From assembly GCF_053078305.1 (NCBI RefSeq), contig NZ_CP166879.1: 64,000 bases of DNA; one strand, written 5' to 3'. The notes under the pieces are model-generated. The model saw only the letters and a program-made list of their open reading frames with translations. It did no database searches and had not been told where the DNA came from. Positions within the stretch are counted from its first letter, which is position 1; each line of letters opens with the position of its first letter. This document shows positions 10,671-21,883 of the stretch, piece after piece. Made by a program: the position numbers and the translations under genes.

Positions 10671-11307
10671 ATATACCCTCTTTTCTCCTTTATTTTCTTC
10701 CACTCAGTCGGAATAGCATAAAAATCATGCATGAATATTATGTAAGGTGGACTACCTTCATTTCTTCAGCATCCATTTTTTATAAAGCCAGAAGTGAACA
10801 AAACGGGAACCATTAAAAAGCAGACAAAAGGCAATAAAGTGATTTATAATAATGCAAACATAAAACATATTAAGTTTAAGTAAACTACCCGACATTACGC
10901 GTTACAGCAGAATGCAGGTACACTACCTGCCATTGCCTGACGCACTGGCGAAGGCAGTAAAAATGAGATACATTTCACTTCGCAGCAAAAAAAACGAAAT
11001 CCTGCAATTTTTCTGATTTTACTGACAGAAAAGCCCGAGAGTTAAATTTAAATAACTTAAAAGATTCTGTGGTATAATCAGGTTCATACAGGCCTGATTG
11101 TTTCACAGGAAATTAAATCTTTTAAATCAACAGGCTATGGAGGTGTAATGGTGATGAATTGTGTAAAGATAGAGTGTGAGTATAACTGGAGTAATAAAAC
11201 CAAATTAAAATTATCAATATTTAACAAATGTAATTTATTAAGTTTATTTTTATCAAAATTAAAAGCATTACAACCTGGAAGCTGACGTTACTGATTACTA
11301 TACTGGT

Positions 11308-11330
11308 ACCTGAGGCGCACGGCCTCAGGT
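11308..11330 (-). terminator. Possible stem-loop terminator downstream of the TonB-dependent receptor gene
   Basis: Inverted repeat ACCTGAGGC-GCACG-GCCTCAGGT immediately 3' of the stop at 11344; weak U-tract on the minus strand. Confidence 0.35.
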
Positions 11331-11343
11331 TATCTATATTCTC

Positions 11344-13392
11344 TCAGAAGGATATTCTTACATTAGCCCAGTAACGACGTCCTTCATCGACCTGCCAGTT
11401 ACCATCAATGGTATCGATATCTTCGCTCTTTCTGTCTGTGACGTTAAGTACGGCAAAATTAATCAGCGTGCCTGGCAGGAACTGGTAATTCATACCAATA
11501 TCCATAGAAGTGAATCCATTACGAACACGGGGAACCTTGGCACCATTTCTTTGTGCTGCCCAGATTTGTTTTCCTGTATAATTCAGAGATGAATAAAATG
11601 TAATATCCTGAGTGTAATCCCATTCCAGTTTTGCATTGGCTGCATGTCTGGGAGTTCTTTCCAGAGGTTCCCCTTTCAGCGACTTGCCATTGAGACTTTC
11701 GTCATCGCTTTCTCGACGGGAGTCAGTGAATGTATAGTTTGCAGATACACGCCATTTATCATACACAGGAATCTGAGTTGCAAGCTCCACACCTCTGATA
11801 TTTGCCTCACCCACATTATCATAAATAAAAGTGTTTAGCCCAGTGACTGGATCTTTTGTGCCTATATCGTAACTGGTCAGCTTATTTTTAAAATCTGTAT
11901 TAAACAGAGTCGCGCTTGCTGAAAAACCACTGTCATTATTATAAATAATACCGATCTCTTCGGTTACACTGGTCTCCGGTTTCAGGTCCCTGTTTCCATA
12001 CATAATAGAGGCACCACCCTGCGTCAGTGTTCCAAATCCAGGACTGACCTCACGAATCGAAGGGGCCCGAAATGCTTTTGCGATCCCTCCTTTGAGAGTG
12101 AGATTATCGGTCAGGTTATAAACAGCATACAATCTTGGATTCCAGTAACTGCCATAGATTTCATGGTTATCGAGGCGCAACCCTCCAGTCAGGGCGAGAG
12201 AATCCGTTGCAGCATATTCATTTTCTATAAAAACAGCTTTCTGTTTAACTGAAACAGACTGTGTTTCTGTCGTTTTTTTACCTGTGGCTGAGTCATCACG
12301 GAGTTCTGCATGCTGAAATTGACCTCCGATGGTCAGCACATTTTCCGGCAGAAATGCCGTCACTTTTGCATCTATGATCGTGTTGGTTATTTCCGGTTTT
12401 CTTGACTCGTAATTAAGATCCCAATGATTATATTTATCTTTTTTACCAGATTTAACCTCACGAATAACTTTCTCCTGATAAACAGCAATTTCAGGATGCA
12501 GTATTTCGCCCTGGGCATTCCATGCTGCTACCCAGTGACTACGTGAGTTATGTGTTTCTCTTTTACTGTTTGGTTGTTTAAGATTTCCCCGCATAGTCCA
12601 GGCATCAAGAGAATCACCAGGTGTTAATGTATGTTCCTGGTTATTTTTTCCGTATTCAAAAACAAACTTCTGGCTTTCAGTCGGAGTAAACTGGAGTGTT
12701 GCCGTTATATTCTTATTATCTTTTGCTGGTGTTCCCTGAGAGATACTATCTTCCTTGCGATAGTTCATTCCTCCATATAACTGAAGACCAAGTTTATCCT
12801 TAACCAATGGGCCTGACAGGTAGAAGTCATTCGTGGTTGAGTTACCAAATTTCCCATGTTCCTGAATAATTCCCCCAAGCCCAAGTACGCCATCCCATGT
12901 CTGGTTATTAACAGGTTTGGTTATGATATTAATAACTCCTCCGATAGCATCGGAACCATACAGGGAAGACATAGGGCCACGTATAACTTCAATACGCTCA
13001 ATTGCTTCCACAGGAGGGATAAATCCGGCTTCAAAACCGCCGCTGCCGTTTGGTCTGGATTCCCGACCACTCTGACGTCGTCCATCGACCAGAATCAATG
13101 TATAATCGCCACTTAACCCACGTATACTGATATCCGGTTTTTCATTCCCACCGGTGATACTAATCCCTTCAACATCTTTTACCGCATCGACCAGGTCTGA
13201 AACCGGTTTTTTTTGCAGTTGCTCTGAAGTAATGACTGAAACACTGGCCGGTGCATTTCTGAGTTGCTGAGTGAAGCCGGAGGCAGTAACAACAAGCGTA
13301 TCTTCTTTTTTATCAGAACTGGCATAACCTGATGATATGACTGCAGAACATATCACGGCAATGCCCGGAGCAATGATATATTTGTTCTTCAT
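11344..13392 (-). CDS. ireA: TonB-dependent outer membrane siderophore receptor, IreA-like
   Basis: 682 aa from ATG at 13392 (RBS AAGGGA); signal peptide, plug and beta-barrel features, C-terminal aromatic residue; N-terminus matches my recollection of E. coli IreA; Fur box upstream. Confidence 0.8.
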   Translation of the reverse strand: MKNKYIIAPGIAVICSAVISSGYASSDKKEDTLVVTASGFTQQLRNAPASVSVITSEQLQKKPVSDLVDAVKDVEGISITGGNEKPDISIRGLSGDYTLILVDGRRQSGRESRPNGSGGFEAGFIPPVEAIERIEVIRGPMSSLYGSDAIGGVINIITKPVNNQTWDGVLGLGGIIQEHGKFGNSTTNDFYLSGPLVKDKLGLQLYGGMNYRKEDSISQGTPAKDNKNITATLQFTPTESQKFVFEYGKNNQEHTLTPGDSLDAWTMRGNLKQPNSKRETHNSRSHWVAAWNAQGEILHPEIAVYQEKVIREVKSGKKDKYNHWDLNYESRKPEITNTIIDAKVTAFLPENVLTIGGQFQHAELRDDSATGKKTTETQSVSVKQKAVFIENEYAATDSLALTGGLRLDNHEIYGSYWNPRLYAVYNLTDNLTLKGGIAKAFRAPSIREVSPGFGTLTQGGASIMYGNRDLKPETSVTEEIGIIYNNDSGFSASATLFNTDFKNKLTSYDIGTKDPVTGLNTFIYDNVGEANIRGVELATQIPVYDKWRVSANYTFTDSRRESDDESLNGKSLKGEPLERTPRHAANAKLEWDYTQDITFYSSLNYTGKQIWAAQRNGAKVPRVRNGFTSMDIGMNYQFLPGTLINFAVLNVTDRKSEDIDTIDGNWQVDEGRRYWANVRISF

Positions 13393-13413
13393 AAATTTCC
13401 CTTTTCTAAAATC

Positions 13414-13432
13414 GTAATGATAATGATTTGCG
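13414..13432 (-). promoter_or_regulatory. Fur box upstream of the ireA-like gene
   Basis: AATGATAATGATT core matches 12 of 13 positions of the Fur consensus core AATGATAATCATT, 22-40 bp upstream of the start codon. Confidence 0.5.
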
Positions 13433-14158
13433 TTAGCAAGAAAAAATTTACAATGAACAGAAAGGAAGGTAAATAACATTTAGCTCATTCAGGTAACACT
13501 TTGAACCTGTCCGACTTGATGAGAATCAGCCCCTTTCTACGAGGGACTCCTTACTGTATAATTTATAGTCCTGTCGAAGAGGTAAAATCTTTCAACCGGA
13601 TATCTCCATAAACAGCATTCCAGTAAATCAAGCAAGAGTGAACAGGAGACTGGTGCTGTTTATTACGGTATGCTTGTCCGATGTGGTGGAAAATAAAAAT
13701 GGGCGACTGACCAGATATGGGAGTCTCCGGTCAGTCATTCGCTTGTAGATGCAGGACATAAGCGAACCAAGGCCCACTGCTTCTGCGCAAAAGCAAGGGG
13801 GAGTTTACCCTGGTAGATTGAGTTTCGCGTCACTGACCAGTCAGAGCTTCAGACTCATCTTACACCACTAACCCCCTTACCACTCCTGAATCTTCCCTCG
13901 GCAACAGCCAAGACAGTATCGTACTGTTCACCACCATCTTTTCCCGTGAATGACAGTAAGTGCAAAGCCCCAATATAAATCAGTACTTCCGATGACAGAC
14001 AGTGAAGGCGTAAGGTGAAATATGCACGTAAGGCAGTATGACTTTCCGTGAGACAGATGCTGTCCAACGTGGGATATTTAATGCGGGTTAACATCGTTGT
14101 CAGAGCCGCATGGGTGAGCTGTTGCTACCCCCCTGGAATTTCCACCACGGAGGCCAGC

Positions 14159-15245
14159 ATGAACAACAATAACATGTTGTACGTCGAATTAGATGTTCAC
14201 AAAGAATCGATTACTGTCTCCTATGCTATCAATTCAGAACCTGTTGAACTGATGGGTAAAATTAGCACATCACCTACTGACATTCATAATCTTTATCAAC
14301 GTATCAGGTCAAAGTCATCGCAGGTCAGTATCGTTTATAAAGCGGGACCCTGTGGTTATGGACTTTATCGTCGGCTGGTGAAATCCGGTTTTGACTGCAT
14401 GGTCTGCGCCCCCTCACTTATCCCGAAAAAACCGGGGGAGCGGGGTAAAACCGACACCGTGATGCCATCAGACTTGTGCGTTCACTGCGTGCAGGAGATC
14501 TTTCTGCTGTCTACGTATCCGGCGTTGAAGATGAGGCATTCCGGGATTTGGCCCGGGCATGGGCATCTGCCCGCGATGATTTACGGCATGCAAGGCAACG
14601 TCTGAAATCGTTTCTTCTGGTTCATGGGGTCCATTATGTCGGGCGAGCAGATTGGGGCCCTGCACACCGACACTGGCTCAGCAAATACTCATTCGAAAGT
14701 CCCTGGCGACAATTAGCTTTTGACGAACACCGTTGTACAATAGAAGACCGGCAGGCACAATGTGAACGGCTGGAATCCGCCCGAAGGAGGCCGTTACCGA
14801 ATGGAGGCTGTATCCGGTAGTAGAGGCGCAGCAAGCCATGCGAGGGATTCAGTTTATTACTGCGGTTGGATTAATTTCTGAACTGGGTGATCTGACCCGT
14901 TTTGAACATCCACGACAACTGATGTCATGGTTTGGTATCACGCCATCAGAATATTCATCGGGTGGAAGCAGACATCAGGGCAGCATTACCAAAGCCGGAA
15001 ACAGCTATGCCAGAAAGCTATTGGTTGAGGCAGCGTGGAGTTACCGGCATCCGACACGCATCAGTCCGGCAATACAAAAAATCAGGAAAATTTACCCCGC
15101 CCCGTCATTGACAGAGCATGGGATGCTCAACTCAGGCTTTGCAAGAGGTCTCGAAAACTTCAGGCCAAAGGAAAGAATGTCAATATTACAATTGTCGCTG
15201 TCGCACGTGAGCAGGTGGTTTTATCTGGGATATGGGGCGGGATAG
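14159..15245 (+). pseudogene. IS110-family transposase pseudogene (at least two frameshifts)
   Basis: Transposase-like translation is split over three frames (ORFs 14048..14605, 14476..14820, 14838..15245) with consecutive segments MLYVELDVHKESITV..., ...AVYVSGVEDEAFRDLARAWA..., ...FITAVGLISELGDLTRFEHPRQLMSWFGITPSEYSSGG... Confidence 0.7.
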
Positions 15246-15368
15246 CCACGTTTGTCGCACAATAACCACAATGTCACAAATAAAGAATGAGGATAACCAG
15301 TTCCCTGAAGGTGACGTAGCTCAGAACAAGAGTAACTCATGTTAGCTGTCTGGCGATGGCTGAAGTGG

Positions 15369-15686
<318 letters not shown>

Positions 15687-15693
15687 CTAAGAG

Positions 15694-16371
15694 TCAAGAC
15701 GTTATCGGGATGCAGTTAACATGCCTGTTTTGATTTCGTAGTAATGTATAAACTTCGCGTGAGATATAGCGCTTCAGACAGCGTATTGCTTCCATTTTTG
15801 TATGTCCTTCGGCTACTCGCCTGGAGACATATTCCTTTGTTTTATCGTCAGTTTGTAAACATCCTATAGTGATGATGTAAAGTGCACTATTTGCAACACG
15901 CTCCCCACCCCGATTAAGTCGGTAATGGTTCGTTTTTCCAGAAGATAGGGGAAACTGGCTGACACCGCACAACGCCGCAAAACCTGATTCGGTTCTTAAC
16001 CGTTAGGGATTGTCTCCGGCAGAGATCAACAACTGCAAAGCGCTTTCGTATCCAACAGCATTACGTTTAATCAGTTCAGGTGCCAGTTCATCAACAATTG
16101 CCGCAATCATGACATCCAAGTTGGTGATTTCATCATGAAACTCGAAATAGCGTCGAACAAGGGATTTCAATGTAATGCGATAAACGTTGGTAACATTACT
16201 GTATTCACTGGCATCAGGCCTCCAGGATCCCAGAGTCCTGATAAGTTGCATATGTGTCATATTTCTGAGTTGTTCGAGTAATTCATCCGGTGCAGAGATA
16301 ATATAGGAATGGATAATCTGGAGAGCGCCTCTGCGGGCTGATATTGCGGTTTTGCGGCAAATTTTTAGCAC
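15694..16371 (-). pseudogene. Second transposase remnant in two fragments (IS110-family-like C-terminus)
   Basis: ORFs 16003..16371 and 15694..15972; the latter ends ...ANSALYIITIGCLQTDDKTKEYVSRRVAEGHTKMEAIRCLKRYISREVY, a pattern typical of IS110-family C-termini; broken frame. Confidence 0.45.
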
Positions 16372-16422
16372 CCGCTACTACGCCAAATACCTGAAGTAGA
16401 AATGGATGTGTCACGAACGGTA

Positions 16423-16456
<34 letters not shown>

Positions 16457-16576
16457 AACTTTTCATCCGTCGTTGACAGGATGCGTTAGCAGCACACATC
16501 CGGCTCTGCGCGGGGAATAGCCGGAAACGGCTATCCCTACCACAATAGCTAACTTTGCAATAATCCCCTTTTGAGC

Positions 16577-17608
16577 TCATGTACTCTGACGTAATTCTAT
16601 CTGGTAGTTGAATTGCACGATACGCGACTCTTCTGATTCATCATGATTATTATTCAATAGTCCAATCAGCAGCTTACCCGTCTCTGTCCCCATTTTTTTG
16701 TAGTCAATACGGATGGATGTCAAGGTTGGGTGTGTTTGATCGCAACTGTCTGAACCGTCAAGACAAGCTACAGCGATATTTCCAGGGATTTTTAACAAAC
16801 GCCGCTGGCACTCAAACATGATACCCAGCGCAATCTCTTCGTGGCTGCAAATCACAGCATCCAGCTCTGGTTGTCGCAGTAATATCTCGTTTAATGCGTA
16901 ACGCCCCAATTGCAAACTTGCGGCACCCGGCATGGTGATAACAAGATCAGAGTTCTGGTAATAGCTCAGCATTGCTTTATGCCAGCCGTTCAGTTGCTGA
17001 CGTTGCAGGCGGTTGTCCATATGCGCACCGATAAATCCGATATTCTTATAACCCTGTTCCAGCATATGTTCGGTCAGTTTATGTGATGCTTCAAAAAATG
17101 CTGTTTCGATGGTAATTTGAGCCGGACTGAAAGGGGAACCGACAACGTTAATGGTAGGTATATTTGTTTTCTCGAGTATCTGGTGAGTTTTATCAGCCAA
17201 CTGAGAACCAAAAATAACTAACGCCGCCGGGTTACCTTGAAGAAGCGTCATCAGGATTTCAGCTTCTTTGAGCTGATTATACTCATGACACCCAAGCAGT
17301 AGCTGGAATTCATTTTTATTAAGCACCTGCTGCAACGACTGCATAAAGCGGGAGCTGGTTTTATCTGTCAGGGAAGGAACCAGTACGGCGACTGTATGAC
17401 TGTGACCAGATGCAAGGGCGCCAGCAGTTCTGTTGGGAATATAACCCAACTCTTCTACGGCCTGTTCTATCTTTTCCCTCAGCTTGTCAGAAACCTGTTC
17501 CGGTGTTCTCAGCGCGCGGGAAACGGTCATGGTTCCGACACCTGCAAAGTTAGCGACCTCCTGCAGCGTCACCCGTCCGGTACCACGGCGCTTACGTGTT
17601 TTTCCCAT
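16577..17608 (-). CDS. LacI/GalR-family transcriptional regulator
   Basis: 343 aa; N-terminal HTH (VTLQEVANFAGVGTMTVSRAL) plus periplasmic-binding-protein-like sugar-binding core; divergent from the PTS operon. Confidence 0.9.
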   Translation of the reverse strand: MGKTRKRRGTGRVTLQEVANFAGVGTMTVSRALRTPEQVSDKLREKIEQAVEELGYIPNRTAGALASGHSHTVAVLVPSLTDKTSSRFMQSLQQVLNKNEFQLLLGCHEYNQLKEAEILMTLLQGNPAALVIFGSQLADKTHQILEKTNIPTINVVGSPFSPAQITIETAFFEASHKLTEHMLEQGYKNIGFIGAHMDNRLQRQQLNGWHKAMLSYYQNSDLVITMPGAASLQLGRYALNEILLRQPELDAVICSHEEIALGIMFECQRRLLKIPGNIAVACLDGSDSCDQTHPTLTSIRIDYKKMGTETGKLLIGLLNNNHDESEESRIVQFNYQIELRQST

Positions 17609-17753
17609 TTCGACTCCATGGATAATTACAACCAGCTGTTTTCATTACTTTTATTTTACCATTACTCTTTCCAGTTTTTGCCCACGGTAGCAAATATCCT
17701 GTTGCATTGTATATGCAGGAACCGAATATAGCCAAAGCATGGCGGCAGAGAAA

Positions 17754-17801
17754 TGATAGCGCTATCACAAAGATCGGTAGCGTTATCAGATAGCGCTATC
17801 A
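17754..17801. promoter_or_regulatory. Three tandem LacI-type palindromic operator sites in the divergent promoter region
   Basis: TGATAGCGCTATCA (17754-17767, perfect 14-bp palindrome), CGGTAGCGTTATCA (17775-17788), GATAGCGCTATCA (17789-17801), between the regulator gene and the PTS EIIA gene. Confidence 0.55.
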
Positions 17802-17878
17802 AATGCGACAATCATCACATTAATTAATGCGTAAAATATCTACTCTCCTGTTAATTATCATCGGGAGTTATCAGTCGC

Positions 17879-18322
17879 ATGTTAAAAAATCTATTAAATA
17901 CAAAGGTCGTTCAGGTCGTGGAACAGGTCAAAGACTGGCGGGAAGCCGTGGCGATTTCATGCCGACCGTTGATTGAAAACGGTTCTATCGAACCACGTTA
18001 TGTTGATGCGATCTATCACTCTCACGACACTATCGGTCCGTACTATGTGGTTGGCCCTGGTATTGCGATGCCTCATGCGCGCCCGGAAGAGGGGGCTAAC
18101 AAGCTGTCATTAGCACTGACCCTGATCCCTTCAGGTGTGAATTTTGATGCCGATGAAAACGATCCAGTGAAATTACTGATTGTGCTGGCTGCAACCGACA
18201 GTACCAGCCACATTGAAGCGATTTCTCAACTCGCCAAGTTATTCGATAACGAAAAAGACATACAGGCTATTTTGACGGCCAAAACGACGCAGGACATTTT
18301 GTCTGTTATTGCGCGCTATTAA
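17879..18322 (+). CDS. PTS enzyme IIA component (ascorbate/mannitol-fructose type)
   Basis: 147 aa; phosphorylatable His region (GPGIAMPHARPEEG); first gene of a IIA-IIB-IIC operon. Confidence 0.85.
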   Translation: MLKNLLNTKVVQVVEQVKDWREAVAISCRPLIENGSIEPRYVDAIYHSHDTIGPYYVVGPGIAMPHARPEEGANKLSLALTLIPSGVNFDADENDPVKLLIVLAATDSTSHIEAISQLAKLFDNEKDIQAILTAKTTQDILSVIARY

Positions 18323-18337
18323 TCCTGAGGAACATTT

Positions 18338-18625
18338 ATGAAAATTACAGTGGTTTGCGGTAACGGCTTAGGCACCAGCCTGATGATGGAAATGAGCATT
18401 AAAAGCATTTTGAAGGATTTGTCCGTCAGCGCTGATGTTGATCATGTCGACCTGGGCTCCGCGAAAGGGACGCCGAGTGATATCTATGTCGGCACCAAAG
18501 ACATTGCCGAGCAGTTAGTCGCGCAGTCTGTCGCAGGCAAAATCGTCGCACTGGAAAATATGATTGATAAGAAAGCCATGAGAGAACGTTTATCCGTGGC
18601 ATTAACCGAATTAGGCGCACTGTAA
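18338..18625 (+). CDS. PTS enzyme IIB component (ascorbate family)
   Basis: 95 aa; N-terminal active-site Cys motif KITVVCGNGLGTS; RBS TGAGG. Confidence 0.85.
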   Translation: MKITVVCGNGLGTSLMMEMSIKSILKDLSVSADVDHVDLGSAKGTPSDIYVGTKDIAEQLVAQSVAGKIVALENMIDKKAMRERLSVALTELGAL

Positions 18626-18637
18626 GCTGGGGGCGAT

Positions 18638-19894
18638 ATGGATTTCTTTCGTTTTTTGATGAGCGATGTACTTTCCGAACCCGCAGTGCTGGTCGGTTTA
18701 ATCGCCCTGATTGGCCTGATTGCACAGAAAAAACCGGTAACCGAATGCATTAAAGGTACCGTCAAGACCATTATGGGGTTTGTGATTTTAGGCGCAGGGG
18801 CGGGTTTAGTTGTGTCGTCACTGAGTGACTTCGCAAACATTTTCCAGTATGCCTTTGGTATTCAGGGTGTAGTGCCGAACAATGAAGCCATTGTTTCCGT
18901 AGCGCAGAAAAGCTTCGGGAAAGAAATGGCGATGATTATGTTCTTTGCGATGGTTATCAACATTATGATTGCCCGTTTCACACCGTGGAAATTTATCTTC
19001 CTGACCGGTCATCACACGTTGTTTATGTCGATGATGGTAGCGGTAATTCTGGCAACAGCAGGCATGACCGGCATTACGCTTATAGCCGTTGGCTCTTTGG
19101 TTGTTGGCGTGGCAATGGTCTTTTTCCCGGCTATTGCGCATCCGTACATGAAGAAAGTGACCGGTTCTGATGACGTTGCCATCGGCCACTTCTCAACATT
19201 ATCTTATGTATTGGCCGGTTTCATCGGCAGCAAGTTTGGTAATAAAGAGCACTCGACTGAAGACATGAATGTGCCGAAAAGTCTGCTGTTCTTGCGCGAC
19301 ACGCCGGTTGCTATCTCTTTTACCATGAGCATAATTTTCCTGGTGACGTGCCTGTTTGCGGGTGCAGATGCGGTGAAAGAGCTTAGCGGTGGTAAAAACT
19401 GGTTCATGTTCTCTATCATGCAATCCATTACCTTCGCAGCTGGCGTGTACATCATTCTGCAGGGTGTGCGCATGGTGATTGCGGAGATTGTCCCGGCATT
19501 CAAAGGTATTTCAGACAAGCTGGTTCCGAATGCCAGACCTGCTCTCGATTGCCCGGTCGTCTTCCCTTACGCACCTAACGCTGTACTGGTTGGTTTCCTG
19601 AGTAGCTTTGCTGCAGGTTTAATCGGTATGTTCACGTTGTATTTGCTGAACATGATCGTGATTATTCCTGGTGTGGTGCCGCACTTCTTCGTAGGTGCAG
19701 CTGCAGGGGTATTCGGTAATGCAACGGGTGGACGTCGTGGTGCGATTTTGGGTGCCTTCGCTCAGGGCTTGCTTATTACCTTCCTGCCAGTATTCTTATT
19801 GCCTGTGCTGGGTAACATTGGTTTTGCTAACACCACCTTCAGTGATGCTGACTTTGGCGCACTGGGTATTTTGTTAGGGATTATCGTTCGCTAA
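18638..19894 (+). CDS. PTS enzyme IIC permease (UlaA/SgaT family)
   Basis: 418 aa polytopic membrane protein immediately after IIB. Confidence 0.9.
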   Translation: MDFFRFLMSDVLSEPAVLVGLIALIGLIAQKKPVTECIKGTVKTIMGFVILGAGAGLVVSSLSDFANIFQYAFGIQGVVPNNEAIVSVAQKSFGKEMAMIMFFAMVINIMIARFTPWKFIFLTGHHTLFMSMMVAVILATAGMTGITLIAVGSLVVGVAMVFFPAIAHPYMKKVTGSDDVAIGHFSTLSYVLAGFIGSKFGNKEHSTEDMNVPKSLLFLRDTPVAISFTMSIIFLVTCLFAGADAVKELSGGKNWFMFSIMQSITFAAGVYIILQGVRMVIAEIVPAFKGISDKLVPNARPALDCPVVFPYAPNAVLVGFLSSFAAGLIGMFTLYLLNMIVIIPGVVPHFFVGAAAGVFGNATGGRRGAILGAFAQGLLITFLPVFLLPVLGNIGFANTTFSDADFGALGILLGIIVR

Positions 19895-19907
19895 TATTTT
19901 GATGACA

Positions 19908-19960
19908 TTAATATCCTCCAGGATTTCAGGAACGTGGAGGATATTAATTCCTCTTATTTT
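19908..19960 (+). terminator. Rho-independent terminator after the PTS operon
   Basis: Perfect 13-bp inverted repeat TTAATATCCTCCA...TGGAGGATATTAA followed by a T-rich tract. Confidence 0.7.
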
Positions 19961-20260
19961 CTCCATTTTTCTTTCTTCCAGTCAGGACTGCATCTGATTA
20001 ATCGTAAGCGCTCCGGGAAGTACGTCGCGTAAGGATTATTTTACAGCTGAGAAGTTTCAGTGCAGCAGTTCATGCACACGGTTCGACGGCTAGTCATTGA
20101 TCTTCATAATTACCTCGCGTAAAAAACGGGGTAAGGCCGCTCATCCAGCGTCATCTCCACAGGTAATAATTCAACGCCAATGCCAGAAGAGTTCCTTACC
20201 GGAAGACGCCGTGATATACGCCCTTTGATCGTAAGCGTCAACGGAGCACCGTATTGACGC

Positions 20261-21853
20261 TTATTTATTGGTGAGTACTACGTTCCATGGCAAGAGTTCA
20301 TCAACTCGGTTGGAAGGCCATTCCGGCAGTACGCTCAGGATATGGCGCAGATACGCTTCCGGATCGATACCGTTCAGACGGCAGGTGCCGATCAGCCCGT
20401 ACAACAGTGCTCCACGCTCGCCGCCGTGATCGCTGCCAAAGAACATAAAGTTTTTCTTTCCGAGACAGACTGCACGAAGCGCTCTTTCCGCAGCATTATT
20501 ATCCGCCTCCGCCAGACCGTCATCACTGTAATAACAGAGGGCATCCCACTGATTCAGTACATAGCTGAACGCTTCGCCCAGTCTGGATTTTTTCGACAGC
20601 GTACCATTCTTCTCCACCATCCATTCATGCAGCGACGTCAGTAACACTTTGCTTCGCTGCTGCCTGACGGAAAGACGCTCTGACTCCGGTAATCCCCGTA
20701 TTTCATCCTCGATGGCGTACAGTTCACTGATTCGCTTCAGGGCTTCTTCTGCCTTCGCACTTTTGCTGCTGATGTATACATCGTGGATTTTTCGCCGGGC
20801 ATGGGCCCAGCACGCAACTTCTGTCAGTGCACCACCTTCACGTTCTGCACTGAACAACCTGTCGTAACCTGTGAACGCATCCGCCTGCAGGATACCCCGG
20901 AAGGGGCGGAGGTGTTGCTCCGGGTGTTTCCCCTGCCGGTTCGGCGAGTACGCGAACCAGACCGCTGGAGGAGATGACGAACCCACATTGCGATCATCCC
21001 GGACATACGTCCAGATACGCCCTGTTTTCGCCTTTTTCTGACCCGGTGCCAGTACCTTTACCGGTGTGTCATCAGTGTGAACCTTGCGGGTGTTCATTAC
21101 ATAACGGTACAGGGCATCATTCACCGGTGTCATTAACTGGCAGCACGCGTCAACCCAGTTGGAGAGTAAGGCCCGGCTCAGTTCGACACCCTTGCGGGCA
21201 AAGATTTCACTCTGACGATACAGTGGCAGATGTTCGCAGTATTTTCCCGTTAACACGCGGGCAAGTAATCCGGGGCCCGCGATACCACGCTCTATCGGGC
21301 GGGACGGCGCCGGTGCTTCAACGATGCAGTCACATTTTGTACAGGCTTTTTTTACCCGTTCTGTGCGGATCACTTTCAGGGCGCTGCTCACCAGTTCCAG
21401 TTGTTCTGCACTGACTTCCCCCAGATAATCCAGCTCACCGCCACACTCCGGGCAACAGCTTTCTTCAGACTCCAGACGGTGTATTTCACGGGGAAGGTGT
21501 GCCGGTAACGGACGACGATGGCGCGACTGTCGCAACTGGCGGGGAACCTGTGGATCGTCTTCCCGCCCACTGTAACGATCGCTGTCCTGTTCGCGTTGTT
21601 TCAGCAGGGCCTCAGCCTGTTCAACTTCACGACGCAGTTTTTCAGAACGGGTACCGAACAGCATCCGGCGCAGTTTTTCTATCTGAGCCCGCAGATGTTC
21701 TATTTCCCGTTCATCTTCTTCGATCTTTTCTTCGGCACGTGCCAGTGCAGAGCGCAGGAAGGCCTCCGTCTCTTCAACCAGACTCAGTTGCTGGTCTTTC
21801 TGACGGAGCTGGCTTTCCAGTTCTGCAATGCGAATGAGGTATTTCTGACTCAT
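20261..21853 (-). CDS. IS66-family transposase (TnpC / Orf3)
   Basis: 530 aa; N-terminal coiled-coil/leucine zipper and zinc-finger-like CxxC pairs (CPECG, CTKCDC) typical of IS66 transposases. Confidence 0.9.
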   Translation of the reverse strand: MSQKYLIRIAELESQLRQKDQQLSLVEETEAFLRSALARAEEKIEEDEREIEHLRAQIEKLRRMLFGTRSEKLRREVEQAEALLKQREQDSDRYSGREDDPQVPRQLRQSRHRRPLPAHLPREIHRLESEESCCPECGGELDYLGEVSAEQLELVSSALKVIRTERVKKACTKCDCIVEAPAPSRPIERGIAGPGLLARVLTGKYCEHLPLYRQSEIFARKGVELSRALLSNWVDACCQLMTPVNDALYRYVMNTRKVHTDDTPVKVLAPGQKKAKTGRIWTYVRDDRNVGSSSPPAVWFAYSPNRQGKHPEQHLRPFRGILQADAFTGYDRLFSAEREGGALTEVACWAHARRKIHDVYISSKSAKAEEALKRISELYAIEDEIRGLPESERLSVRQQRSKVLLTSLHEWMVEKNGTLSKKSRLGEAFSYVLNQWDALCYYSDDGLAEADNNAAERALRAVCLGKKNFMFFGSDHGGERGALLYGLIGTCRLNGIDPEAYLRHILSVLPEWPSNRVDELLPWNVVLTNK

Positions 21854-21883
21854 GACCGTTTTTATAATGCGGTCAGGATTTTT

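Noticed and set aside
18426-19518. Minus-strand ORFs 18426..18725, 18484..18840, 18818..19189, 19199..19423 and 19204..19518 over the PTS genes
   Set aside because: Antisense to well-supported PTS EIIB and EIIC coding sequences
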